From contig CAWGTR010000013.1 of the NCBI GenBank assembly GCA_963825545.1, forward strand, positions 31,660-95,659: DNA of 64,000 nucleotides, given 5' to 3'. This document shows, one piece after another, positions 17,961 through 27,592 of this stretch (positions are counted from its first letter, which is position 1; each line of letters opens with the position of its first letter). The notes beneath the pieces were generated by a model that saw only the letters and a program-made list of their open reading frames with translations, had not been told where the DNA came from and did no database searches. Made by a program: the position numbers and the translations under genes. This stretch comes from an uncultured Chloroflexia bacterium (GTDB taxonomy: Bacteria > Chloroflexota > Limnocylindria > Limnocylindrales > CSP1-4).

Positions 17961-20045
17961 ATGTCGACGATGATCGCGGGGGCCGAACGCGCCCACATCC
18001 CCCGTACCGCGCGGACCCTCCGCCGTGTCGCCAGCCGGGCGGCCGCCGATCCGCACGTCCTGCTGGCCATCGGACTGGCACTGCCGACGATCGCCGTCCA
18101 TCTCGGCCTCCGGGCGCCCGAGACGGCAGCCGTCATCGCCCTCTCGCTGCTGTACGTGCTCGTCCAGACGATCCTCGCGACCGCGCCGGCCCTCGGGGCC
18201 CGGATCGGCCGGCTCGCCCGCCCGCTGCCGCGACTGATCCTGGCCGTCCTCTTCGTGACGGCGGTCACCAACCAGACCGGGTCTGCGGCTTTTCGCCCGC
18301 TGACCGGGCTGTACATCCCGGTGGTCACGATGGCGGCCGCATTCGGCGGTCGCGAGGCGCTCATCGTGGGCGGCCTGGCGGCGCTCGGCTACCTCGGCCC
18401 GGCGCTGCTGACCGGCGAGCATCTCGACACGGCGGTGCAGCGCGGGCTGGTCCTCGCCTCGGTCTCGATCATGCTGATCGTGGGCACCCGGCGGACGATC
18501 TCGTCGCTCGAGCAGGCGCTCCACCGGCTGCGCCAGACGATGGGCGACGCGCGTCGCCGGAGCCGCCAGGTCGAGGCCGTCGAGGCCGTCGGGCGGGCTC
18601 TCGCGACCCGTGGCCCGGATGCCGAGGCGCTCGGCCAGGTCATGGACCTCCTGCACGACAAGCTGGGTTACAGCCACGTCTCGATCTACCTCGTCGACGG
18701 CGACCGGCTGCGGCTCGGCGACCAGCGCGGCTACGAGCACCCGATCGAGGTCTTCGACGGCACGAGCGGGGTGATCGGGCGGGTCATCCGGACGCGTCGT
18801 CCCGAACTGGTGAGCGACCCCCACAACGACCCCGACTTCCTCGACGTGGCCGGCGCCGTGACCGGTGAGATCTGCGCCCCGCTGCTCGTCGACGATCAGC
18901 TGCTCGGGGTCGTCAACGTGGAGACGTTGCACGGGATCCTCGACGACACCGACTACGCCTCGGTGCAGCTCGTGGCCGACCGGCTCGCCTCGGCCCTCGC
19001 GCTGGCCCGCGAGCGTCGCTCGTTGGCCGAGCGCGCCGACCTGTTCCAGCGGCTGACGGCGTTCGGTGCGGCCGTCACCGGCAGTCTCGACGCGGAGACG
19101 CTCTACCCGGCGATCGTCGACGGCGTGTGCAAGGTCCTGGACTCCGACATCGCCGTCCTGACCGTCCTCGAGCGTTCGACCGGGCGCTACTTCATCCGGG
19201 CCATGAGCGGGGCCGCCGACATGAGCTTCACCGGTGCAGAGATCCGGGCCGGTGAGGGCGTGGCGGGGCGGGCCATCCGCGACCGGACGACGGCCATCGA
19301 CGAGCAGTACAGCCGCGACCAATTCCCGGAGGGGGTCCGCGACGCGAAGGTCGCCGATCTGATGACGGCCATGGGCGTCCCGCTCATCCGCGACGGGGTC
19401 GTGGTGGGCGCGCTGAGCGTTACCCGCTGGGACGTCAGCCGGCCGTTCAGCCGCATCGAGCGGGAGGCGAGCGAGGTCCTCGGGCACCAGGTCGCGCTGG
19501 CCGTGACGAACACGTTCCTCCACAGCGACGTCCTCGAGGCGTCCGTCCGTGACCCGCTGACCGGGCTGTTCAACCGGCGCCACCTCGATGCGTCGATCGA
19601 TCGGTTCCTGGCCGCCCGGCGGCGGCTGGATCCGAAGAAGCGCCAGCCGGCCGCAGTGATCCTGTTCGACCTCGACCACTTCGGTGCGTTCAACAAGCGC
19701 CACGGTCATCGGGTCGGCGACATCGTGCTGCGCGGCTTCGGCGACCTGCTCCTCGAGCGCTTCCGGGCGAGCGACCTGGTCGCCCGCTACGGCGGCGAGG
19801 AGTTCGTGGCCGTCCTCGAGGGCGCCAGCCTCGACGACGCGGTCCGGATCGCCAACGAGGTCCGCCTGGCCTGGGCCGAGCGGACCTTCAACGGGGTCGA
19901 CGGGGAGCTGCTGCACGCCACGGTCTCGGCCGGCTGCGCCCGGCTCGAGAACAGCGCCATGACCGCGGAAGACCTGTTCACCGCGGCCGATGTCGGCCTG
20001 GCCATGGCCAAGGCCGCCGGGCGCGATCTCGTCGTCGCCGCCTGA
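17961..20045 (+). CDS. membrane-anchored GAF-GAF-GGDEF diguanylate cyclase
   Basis: N-terminal multi-TM region, two GAF-like regions, and C-terminal RDPLTGLFNRRHL ... RYGGEEF (GGEEF active site). Confidence 0.9.
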   Translation: MSTMIAGAERAHIPRTARTLRRVASRAAADPHVLLAIGLALPTIAVHLGLRAPETAAVIALSLLYVLVQTILATAPALGARIGRLARPLPRLILAVLFVTAVTNQTGSAAFRPLTGLYIPVVTMAAAFGGREALIVGGLAALGYLGPALLTGEHLDTAVQRGLVLASVSIMLIVGTRRTISSLEQALHRLRQTMGDARRRSRQVEAVEAVGRALATRGPDAEALGQVMDLLHDKLGYSHVSIYLVDGDRLRLGDQRGYEHPIEVFDGTSGVIGRVIRTRRPELVSDPHNDPDFLDVAGAVTGEICAPLLVDDQLLGVVNVETLHGILDDTDYASVQLVADRLASALALARERRSLAERADLFQRLTAFGAAVTGSLDAETLYPAIVDGVCKVLDSDIAVLTVLERSTGRYFIRAMSGAADMSFTGAEIRAGEGVAGRAIRDRTTAIDEQYSRDQFPEGVRDAKVADLMTAMGVPLIRDGVVVGALSVTRWDVSRPFSRIEREASEVLGHQVALAVTNTFLHSDVLEASVRDPLTGLFNRRHLDASIDRFLAARRRLDPKKRQPAAVILFDLDHFGAFNKRHGHRVGDIVLRGFGDLLLERFRASDLVARYGGEEFVAVLEGASLDDAVRIANEVRLAWAERTFNGVDGELLHATVSAGCARLENSAMTAEDLFTAADVGLAMAKAAGRDLVVAA

Positions 20046-21338
20046 TCAGGCGGTTCCGCTCGCCGGGAGGCGGACGACGAACCGCGAGCCGCCGCCCGGT
20101 CGCTCGGTGGCGACGATCGTCCCGCCGTGCTGGTCGACGATCCAGGCCCCGATCGCCAGTCCGAGCCCGGTTCCGCCGGGCCGCGCGTTGGGCGCCCGCC
20201 AGAACCGGTCGAACACCCGCTGACGGTCGGCGGCCGGGATCCCCGGGCCGTCGTCGTCGACGGTGAGCAGCGCGTCCTTCGCCTCGCTGCCGACGGTCAC
20301 CCGGACAGTCCCGCCGGTCGGGCCGTGGTGGATCCCGTTGTCGACGAGGATCGTGACCAGCTGACGGAGCCGCGCCGGGTCGCCCACGACGCGCACGGGC
20401 ACCGGGTCGAGCGCGATCGTCACGTCCGACGTGGCGGCCAGGCCCGACAGCGCGCCGGTCGCATCGGCGGCGACGTCGGCCAGGTCGACCGGCTCGCGCG
20501 CCAGCTCGACCGCCCCGGAGTCGCTCCGGGCGAGCAGCAGCAGGTCGTCGACGAGCGCGGTCAGGTGGTCGACCTCGGCGGTGATGTCGTCGACCGCGGT
20601 TCCGACCTCGATCACCTTCTTGTCCGGGTTGCGCCGGAGGTGCTCGGCGCTCGCCCGGACGACGGCGAGCGGCGTCCGCAGCTCGTGGCTCGCGTCGGCC
20701 GCGAACTCGCGCTGTCGGCGGAGCGCATCGCGGATCGGGACGAGCGCCCGGCGCGCGTTGAGCTCGCCGGCCGCGAGGGCCGCCAGGATCGCCACGAACC
20801 CGCCGACGGCGAGCACCGCGATCAGGGTGTTGATCGTGTTCCGCTCGGCCGTGATGTCCTGGCCGACCTGGAGGACGTAGACGACGCCCGCGCGCTCGAC
20901 CGGCTGGCTGAGGATCCGCACCGGCGTGCCGCCGACGTCGAGCGTCCGGATGTCGGTCGACCCGCTGGTCCGGGCGGCGGTCATCGCGGCGTCGTCGGGC
21001 AGCCCGGCCGGCAGGTCGAGCCCGGGCGGTCCGAGCACCTCCCCGCCGGGCGCCTGGACGAAGGCGAACGTCCCCGACGACGGCCCGCCGAACGCGAGAC
21101 CGACCGGGAACCGGCCCGGCCCGGACCGATCCGGCCCGCCCGAGATGAAGCGGCCCAGCGCATCGGCCCGCCGATCGAGCTGGTCGACCCCGGTCGCCTC
21201 GAGCGAGCGTGCCACGGCGACCGACAGCACGATCCCGAGCGCGACGAGCACGACCAGCACGACGCCGCCGCTCCAGGCGACGAGCTGGCGGCGGACGCGG
21301 CGGAGCAGGCGGGCGTCGCTCGCCTGGGCGCTGGTCAC
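20046..21338 (-). CDS. sensor histidine kinase (TM-sensor-HAMP-HisKA-HATPase)
   Basis: H-box FAADASHELRTPLA, N-box LVDNGIHH, G-boxes DDGPGIP and GTGLGLAI. Confidence 0.9.
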   Translation of the reverse strand: MTSAQASDARLLRRVRRQLVAWSGGVVLVVLVALGIVLSVAVARSLEATGVDQLDRRADALGRFISGGPDRSGPGRFPVGLAFGGPSSGTFAFVQAPGGEVLGPPGLDLPAGLPDDAAMTAARTSGSTDIRTLDVGGTPVRILSQPVERAGVVYVLQVGQDITAERNTINTLIAVLAVGGFVAILAALAAGELNARRALVPIRDALRRQREFAADASHELRTPLAVVRASAEHLRRNPDKKVIEVGTAVDDITAEVDHLTALVDDLLLLARSDSGAVELAREPVDLADVAADATGALSGLAATSDVTIALDPVPVRVVGDPARLRQLVTILVDNGIHHGPTGGTVRVTVGSEAKDALLTVDDDGPGIPAADRQRVFDRFWRAPNARPGGTGLGLAIGAWIVDQHGGTIVATERPGGGSRFVVRLPASGTA

Positions 21339-22018
21339 GCCGTGTCCTCGAGCCGGTAGCCGATCCCGCGGAGCGTGCGGATCCGCTCGCCCGCCGGTCC
21401 GAGCTTCTCGCGCAGGTAGTGGACGTAGGCGTCGACGGCGTTCGGCGTCACGGCCACACCGGACGGCCAGACGTGGTCGAGCAGCCGGTCGCGGGTCAGC
21501 GCCTCGCCGGGATGGCGCAGGAAGTACTCGAGGAGCGAGAACTCGCGCGGGCTGAGCTCGACCCGGCGACCGCGCGCGGTGACCTCGCGACGCGCCTCGT
21601 CGAGCGCGATCTCGCCGACCTCGAGCCGGTTGCCGGCGCGCAGGGCGTCGGGCCCGCCGGCACGCCGTGCAAGGGCACGCAAGCGGGCCGCCAGCTCCTC
21701 GAACGCGAACGGCTTGACGAGGTAGTCGTCGGCCCCGGCGTCGAGGCCGGTGACCCGATCGACGACGGTGTCCCGGGCGGTGAGGATGAGGATCGGCACG
21801 GCGGACCCGTCGGCGCGCAGCCGGCGGGCCACGTCGAGCCCGGAGCCGTCGGGCAGGCCGATGTCGAGGATGATCGCCTCGATCCCCCCGACCTCGGTCG
21901 CCAGCTCGAGCGCCGACCGGACGTCGACGGCGAGCTCGACGACATGCCGATCCTCCTCGAGCAGGCGGCGGAGCAGCCGGCCGAGCCGGGGATCGTCCTC
22001 GACGACGAGCAGGTGCAC
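21335..22018 (-). CDS. OmpR-family response regulator
   Basis: MHLLVVEDD, receiver Asp in ILDIGLPDGSG, and a winged-helix C-terminus (LTRDRLLDHVW, IRTLRGIGYRL). Overlaps the HK start by 4 nt. Confidence 0.95.
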   Translation of the reverse strand: MHLLVVEDDPRLGRLLRRLLEEDRHVVELAVDVRSALELATEVGGIEAIILDIGLPDGSGLDVARRLRADGSAVPILILTARDTVVDRVTGLDAGADDYLVKPFAFEELAARLRALARRAGGPDALRAGNRLEVGEIALDEARREVTARGRRVELSPREFSLLEYFLRHPGEALTRDRLLDHVWPSGVAVTPNAVDAYVHYLREKLGPAGERIRTLRGIGYRLEDTA

Positions 22019-22087
22019 GGCCGGAACGCTACCCGGCCGGCGGGCGTCGCGCTCGGCCGGCCGGCACCGGCCGAGCCGCGCCCGCGG

Positions 22088-22879
22088 TCACTGCGGGACG
22101 ACCGTCACGTCGGACGCGGCGCCCAGGTTGAACCGACCCCCGCCGGTCCCGCCGTTACCCGTTCCGCCGTTGCCGGTGCCGCCGCCGTTGCCCGTTCCGC
22201 CGTTGCCGGTGCCGCCGTTGCCGGTGCCGCCGTTGCCGGTGCCGCGGGTGACCTGGACCTGGACGGTGCTTCCGGTCGTGACGTCCGACGCGCTGGCCGT
22301 CGTCGCGGTGTGGTACGTGGTGGAGCCGCTGAGCGGGATCTGGACCGTCTGCCCGGAGGCGAGCTTGAGGGTGAGCTGGTCGGCCGTCACGCTGACGACC
22401 TCGCCGCGGATCGTGATCCCGGCGCCGCCGCCGCCGAAGCCACCGCCGAACGCGCCGCCGAAGCCGCCGCCCGGAGCGCCACCGTTCCCGAACTGGCCGG
22501 TCCCGCCGTTCCCGCCCGGGATCCGGTTGGCGCCGGCAACCGCATTGCTCGTGGGTGCGGTGACCCGGCCGGCGGCGAAGCCGATCCCGCCGACTGCGAA
22601 GACGGCCGCGACGACGAGGACGATGTCGACCACGCCACGCTTCCGTGACGAGGTACGGACGGCGACGGGTGCCGCCGGCACGGGCGTTGGCGCGGCGATG
22701 GGTGCGAACGCCTGGGGCGCCGGAGGTGGCGCCGGGGCGACCGGCTGAGGCGCCGGGGCCGGGGCAGGTCCGCCGGCCGGGGCCGTCGGGGGCGTGGTCG
22801 GAACGGGCTCGGTCGGTCCCTCGGCCGGCGCCGACCACTGCGGTGGCGTCGTTCCGGTCGGATCGGTCGGCTGGGTCAT
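22088..22879 (-). CDS. membrane-anchored Pro-rich / Gly-rich protein with DUF5666-like beta domain and GTGNG repeats
   Basis: Pro/Ala-rich N-terminus, one TM helix (VVDIVLVVAAVFAVGGIGFAAG), GGFGG-rich stretch, ITIRGEVVSVTADQLTLKLASGQTVQIPL domain, then (GTGNG)n. Confidence 0.7.
   Translation of the reverse strand: MTQPTDPTGTTPPQWSAPAEGPTEPVPTTPPTAPAGGPAPAPAPQPVAPAPPPAPQAFAPIAAPTPVPAAPVAVRTSSRKRGVVDIVLVVAAVFAVGGIGFAAGRVTAPTSNAVAGANRIPGGNGGTGQFGNGGAPGGGFGGAFGGGFGGGGAGITIRGEVVSVTADQLTLKLASGQTVQIPLSGSTTYHTATTASASDVTTGSTVQVQVTRGTGNGGTGNGGTGNGGTGNGGGTGNGGTGNGGTGGGRFNLGAASDVTVVPQ
22151..22243. repeat. six tandem 15-bp units (gccgttgccggtgcc and variants) encoding GTGNG repeats
   Basis: Read directly: units at 22151, 22166, 22184, 22199, 22214 and 22229, with one extra gcc codon at 22181-22183. 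The last three units are identical. Confidence 0.9.
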
Positions 22880-22891
22880 CGTCGAGATCTC

Positions 22892-24103
22892 CTACTCGTA
22901 GCGCAGTGCGGCGATGGGGTCGAGACGTGCCGCCTGCCGCGCGGGCCACACGCCGAAGATCACGCCGACCGCGAGGCTGAACAGCACCGCGACGACGAGG
23001 GTGACTGGACTGAACGCGAAGCCCCAGCCGGCGATCGCGCCGATGACGGCGGTCGCGACGAGGCCGACGAGGATCCCGATGATCCCGCCGAGGAGGGACA
23101 GCACGAGGGCCTCGATGAGGAACTGGAACAGGATGTCCCGGCTCTTGGCGCCGATCGCCTTGCGGATCCCGATCTCGCGGGTCCGCTCGCGCACCGACAC
23201 GAGCATGATGTTCATGATCCCGATCCCGCCCACGATGAGCGAGATCGAGGCGATCCCGGCCAGCAGCGCCGTGAGCAGGCCGGTGATCGAGTTCACCGTC
23301 GTCAGCAGCTGCGCCTGGTCGAACACGCTGAAGTCGGCCGTGTCGCTCGCCCCGAGCCCGTGGCGCGACTTGAGCAGCGTGGTGATCTCGGCCTCGACGA
23401 GCGGCATCTGGCCGGCTGTCGCCACGCTGACGCCGATCGAGCGGACCGACTGCCCCGACACGAAGTTGGCGCGCACCGTGTTGAGCGGGACGAGGATCAT
23501 GTCGTCCTGGTTGAGCGGCCCGGTGCCGCCCTTCGACTGCAGGATCCCGATCACGCGGAACGGGATGCCGCCGATCGTGATGTCGGTGCCGACCGCCGAC
23601 GCCCCGAGCCCGAGGTCCGACGCGGTCGTCGCCCCGAGGACGGCGACCCGCATCCGCTGGTCGTTCGCCGGTCCGGTCAGGAACGAGCCCTGCCAGATCG
23701 CATCGTTATGGACGCCGACGTACGGCGAGGTCGTCCCGACGATCGACGTCGTCGTGTTCAGGTCTCCGGCGACGACCAGCTTCTGGGTCGACAGCTCCGG
23801 AGCGACCTGGGCGACCCCCGGGATCGCGGCCACGGCCGTGGCGTCGTCGACGGTGAGCGTCGTCGCCGAGCCCGCGGCGCCGCGCGTGCCGAAGCTCGTC
23901 GCACCGCCCGGGTTGATCGTCAGCAGGTTCGTGCCGAGGCTCTCGAGCTGGTTCGTGATCCCGCTCGTGGCACCCTGGCCGACGGCGACGAGGGCGACGA
24001 CGGAGCCGACACCGATGATCACGCCGAGCATCGTCAGCGCCGCCCGCAGGCGGCTCGACTGGAGACGTGCCAGGGCGAGGCGGATGAGGTCGAGCGGGGT
24101 CAC
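22892..24103 (-). CDS. MacB/FtsX-type ABC transporter permease
   Basis: 403 aa. N-terminal TM, large extracytoplasmic domain, C-terminal FtsX-like three-TM bundle (RTREIGIRKAIGA). Confidence 0.9.
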   Translation of the reverse strand: MTPLDLIRLALARLQSSRLRAALTMLGVIIGVGSVVALVAVGQGATSGITNQLESLGTNLLTINPGGATSFGTRGAAGSATTLTVDDATAVAAIPGVAQVAPELSTQKLVVAGDLNTTTSIVGTTSPYVGVHNDAIWQGSFLTGPANDQRMRVAVLGATTASDLGLGASAVGTDITIGGIPFRVIGILQSKGGTGPLNQDDMILVPLNTVRANFVSGQSVRSIGVSVATAGQMPLVEAEITTLLKSRHGLGASDTADFSVFDQAQLLTTVNSITGLLTALLAGIASISLIVGGIGIMNIMLVSVRERTREIGIRKAIGAKSRDILFQFLIEALVLSLLGGIIGILVGLVATAVIGAIAGWGFAFSPVTLVVAVLFSLAVGVIFGVWPARQAARLDPIAALRYE

Positions 24104-24798
24104 GCCACGAGCCTCCCGTCGCGGACGTGGACCTGGCGGTCCGCACCCGACGCGACGTCGACGTCGTGGGTGATCAGGACGATCGTCCGACCCGTTCGGT
24201 GGAGCTCGCGGAGGAGGTCCATCACCTCCGCCCCGCTGTGGGTGTCGAGGTTGCCGGTTGGCTCGTCGGCCAGGAGGAGCGCCGGTTCGGTGACCAGGGC
24301 CCTCGCGATGGCCACCCGCTGCTGCTGGCCGCCGGACAGCTCGGTCGGCTCGTGATCGAGCCGGTCGCCGAGACCAAGCCGCTCGAGCGCCTCGGTCGCG
24401 CGGCGGGTTCGGTCCTTGCGGCCGAGGCCCTGGTAGGCGAGCGCCGTCGCGACGTTGTCGAGCGCCGTCGTCCGCGGGAGCAGGTTGTAGGACTGGAAGA
24501 CGAAGCCGATCGACCGGCTGCGGACCTCGGCCAGCCCGTCGTCGTCGAGGTCCTCAACCGCCGTGCCGTCGAGCACATAGCGGCCGCTCGTCGGCCGATC
24601 GAGGCAGCCGACGATGTTCATGAGCGTCGACTTGCCCGAGCCCGACGGTCCGACGACCGCGAGGAACTCTCCGCGCTCGACGACGAGGTCGACGCCGTCG
24701 AGCGCCCGGACGTCGATCCGCCCGGTTTGGTAGACCCGACTGATCGCCTCGAGCCGGATGAGCGGATCCGCCGACGGGACGCCAGGCGGCACGATCAT
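24100..24798 (-). CDS. MacB/LolD-type ABC transporter ATP-binding protein
   Basis: Walker A GPSGSGKST, signature LSGGQQQRVAIARAL, Walker B LLLADEPTGNLD. 4-nt overlaps on both sides. Confidence 0.95.
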   Translation of the reverse strand: MIVPPGVPSADPLIRLEAISRVYQTGRIDVRALDGVDLVVERGEFLAVVGPSGSGKSTLMNIVGCLDRPTSGRYVLDGTAVEDLDDDGLAEVRSRSIGFVFQSYNLLPRTTALDNVATALAYQGLGRKDRTRRATEALERLGLGDRLDHEPTELSGGQQQRVAIARALVTEPALLLADEPTGNLDTHSGAEVMDLLRELHRTGRTIVLITHDVDVASGADRQVHVRDGRLVA

Positions 24799-25985
24799 GG
24801 CTGGGCGCCTCCGCCGTTGCCGTTGCGGGTGCCGCCGCCGTTCCCGCCGCGCTGGAAGCCACCCGTGCCGGGGAACCCGAACCCGCCGCCGCCCGTGGTC
24901 GTGGTCTGGGTCGCCGTGGTGCCGACGACGACCGCGTCACCGGGCTGGAGCCCGCTCTGGATCTCGGCCTGCGTCGAGGTCACCAGCCCGACGGTCACGT
25001 CGCGTGACTGAGCCGCGCCGTCGGCCCCGAGGACCGTGACGGTGTAGCCGAGGGCCGACCCGTTGAGGGCGACCGACGGGATGGTGAGCACGTTGTTCGC
25101 CGAGGCGATCGTCACCGAGGCCTGGGCGCTCATGCCGGCCCGAGCCGTGTCGGGGGCGCCGGTCAGGTCGATCGTCACCGGATACGTCACGACGCTGCTG
25201 CCACCCGACGAGCTGGTCGTCGACGGGGCGATCGCGACGACCATGCCGCTGATCGATGCCCCGATGGCCTGGACGGTCACGCTGGCCGGCTGGCCGGTCT
25301 TGAGCGACGGGAGGTCCGACTCGGTGAAGTCGGCGACCGCCTGGAGCGGACCGCTGGCGAGGCTGATCGCCGGGCCGCTCGAGAGGCTCGTGCCGGCGAC
25401 CGCGTTGACCGTCACCACCGTGCCATCGGCCGGGGCGACGATCGTCGCGCGGGCGATCTGGTCCTTGAGGTCGATGACCTGGCCCTCGGCCTGCGTGTAG
25501 GACGACGTCGCCTGGTCGTAGGCGATCCGGGTCTGGCGCCGGGTGTCGGTCGTGGTGGCGGCGTCGTAGTTCTCCTTGGCGATCGTGCGCTGGGACTTGG
25601 CCGCGGCCAGGCTGTTCAGGGCGCTCGACAGGCTCCGTCGGAGCGAGCTCGTGTCGGCGGTCGCCAGGACCGCCCCCTTCTTGACCGTGTCGCCGACGGC
25701 GGTCTTGACGGTCAGGACCGACCAGCTCCCGCTCGCACCACCGCTGCTGCTCCCGCTGGCGTCCTCGACCGCCGGCTGCACGCCGAAGTTGAGGTCGTAC
25801 GTGGTGGCCCGGGCGAGGTTGCCCGTCGCCACCACGGTGTCCGCGATGTCGGCGGTCTGCGCGGTCGCCGTGAGGTACTGCGAGCCGGTTGCCCGGCTGC
25901 CGCCCGGCCCGCCGGTCACCGCCAGTACGACCGCCCCCGCACCGACCGCCAGCAGCACCACGGCCGCCGGCCCTTTCCATCTCAT
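24795..25985 (-). CDS. MacA/HlyD-type periplasmic adaptor-like protein with Gly-rich C-terminal tail
   Basis: ATG at 25985 (MRWKGPAAVVLLAVGAG). Lipoyl/beta-barrel-like segments. Tail TTTGGGGFGFPGTGGFQRGGNGGGTRNGNGGGAQP. Confidence 0.8.
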   Translation of the reverse strand: MRWKGPAAVVLLAVGAGAVVLAVTGGPGGSRATGSQYLTATAQTADIADTVVATGNLARATTYDLNFGVQPAVEDASGSSSGGASGSWSVLTVKTAVGDTVKKGAVLATADTSSLRRSLSSALNSLAAAKSQRTIAKENYDAATTTDTRRQTRIAYDQATSSYTQAEGQVIDLKDQIARATIVAPADGTVVTVNAVAGTSLSSGPAISLASGPLQAVADFTESDLPSLKTGQPASVTVQAIGASISGMVVAIAPSTTSSSGGSSVVTYPVTIDLTGAPDTARAGMSAQASVTIASANNVLTIPSVALNGSALGYTVTVLGADGAAQSRDVTVGLVTSTQAEIQSGLQPGDAVVVGTTATQTTTTGGGGFGFPGTGGFQRGGNGGGTRNGNGGGAQP

Positions 25986-26184
25986 TCCGTTCCGCCTCAC
26001 AGTCCGCTGGTCCAGGCACCCACCGGCGGCACGCGACCGAGGGCGGGCCACCAGTAGACGCAGCGTGGCGTGAGACGGTCCTGAGAAGCGACTGTGGAGC
26101 GGATGAAGAAACCTTCACGGATCCTTCCCCGCCAGTAGGCTGGCCTCTCATCGTGATCTAAGCGAACATCGACATCCTGCTGAC

Positions 26185-27578
26185 ATGAGCGTCGACGCCT
26201 TGCTGAATCAGCCTGCCCGAACCAGCCGACGAGTTGCCCGACCCCGCCTCTGGTCGCTCCGCGCGAGCGACGTGGTCGCGGTCGTGGTCGGCAATGGGCT
26301 GCTGATCGCCGGCATGTGGGTCCGGCACGGCGGGCTGGCCGAGCTCGGCTCCCCCGGCGGGATCCTGACCGCCGTCGGCCAGCTCACCGCGCTCTACGGC
26401 ACCTACCTCGTCCTGATCGAGCTGATCCTCATGTCACGCAGCCCGTGGCTCGACCAGCTGTTCGGGATGGACCGGCTGGCGGCGGCCCATCGCTGGGTCG
26501 GTTTTGCCGCCATCTGGCTGCTCGTCGCCCACGGGATCACCACGACGGTCGGCTACGCGCTCGGCGACGGCAGCTCGGTCGTCGCCGAGGCCGTAACACT
26601 GGTCGACGACGTACCCGTTCGTGCTGTGGGCCGTCGCCGGCATGGGCCTCTTCGTGATGGTCGCGGATCAGCTCGATGCGCGCCGCGCGCGAACGCCTGT
26701 CGTACGAGAGCTGGCACGCCATCCACCTGTACGCCTACCTGGCGATCGCACTGACGTTCGCCCATCAGCTCGTCGTGGGGGCGGACTTCGCCGACGACCC
26801 GATCGCCCGGCTGTACTGGATCGGGCTGTACGCGATCGCCGCCGGCACGATCCTGGCCTTCCGCTTCGGCCAGCCGATCCGGCTCTCGCTGCGCCACCGG
26901 CTGCGGGTCGCCAACGTCGTTCGCGAGGGGCCGGGCGTCGTGTCGATCTACCTGACCGGGCGCGAGCTCGACCGGCTCGCCATCCGCTCCGGCCAGTACC
27001 TCGTCTGCCGCTTCCTGACCCGCGACGACTGGTGGCGCGGCCACCCCTTCTCGATCTCCGCGGCACCGAACGGCGAGTGGCTCCGGATCACGGTCAAGGA
27101 GCTCGGCGACGACAGCGGACGACTGCAGGCGATCCCGGTCGGGACGGCCGTGTTCATCGAGGGTCCGTACGGTGCCCTGACCGGAGCCCGGCGGACGAAG
27201 GCCCGCGTCCTGCTCATCGCCGGCGGGATCGGGATCACCCCGCTCCGCGCGCTCCTCGAGGACCTCCCGGCGAGACCCGGCGACCTGACCCTGGTCTACC
27301 GGGCTCGCCACCCCAAGGACCTCGTCTTCCGCGACGAGCTCGACGCGATTGCGCGTGCGAACGGCGCGGTCGTGCACTACCTGGTCGGCCGGCGCGGCAG
27401 CAACGACGTCCAGGGCGATCCCCTCGGGCCGGCATCGCTGGCCGGCCTCGTTCCCGACGTCCGCGATCGCGACGTCTACCTGTGCGGTCCCCTCCCGATG
27501 ATGGAGTCGACTCGCCGCGCACTGGGCATCCTCGGCGTCCCGACCGCCCAGATCCATTCCGAACGCTTCAGTTTCTAG
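26185..27578 (+). pseudogene. ferric-reductase-domain (NOX/FRD) transmembrane protein fused to FAD/NAD(P)-binding domain, two frame switches (about 26602-26612 and 26663-26668)
   Basis: The TM haem-domain His residues are spread over three frames (…AAHRWVGFAAIWLLVAHG | TYPFVLWAVAGMGLFVMVA | ISSMRAARERLSYESWHAIHLYAY). The C-terminus has HPFSIS (FAD) and LLIAGGIGITP (NAD) motifs. Confidence 0.8.
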
Positions 27579-27592
27579 ACGGGAACCTGCCG

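Noticed and set aside
17856-19916. 686-aa minus-strand ORF
   Set aside because: It is antisense to the GAF-GGDEF cyclase (GGEEF, RDPLTGLFNRR present on the plus strand), and its translation is low-complexity.
22151-22243. Regular short repeats that might suggest a CRISPR array
   Set aside because: The units are 15 bp, directly abutting with no spacers. They are in frame within a coding gene and encode GTGNG, so this is a coding tandem repeat.
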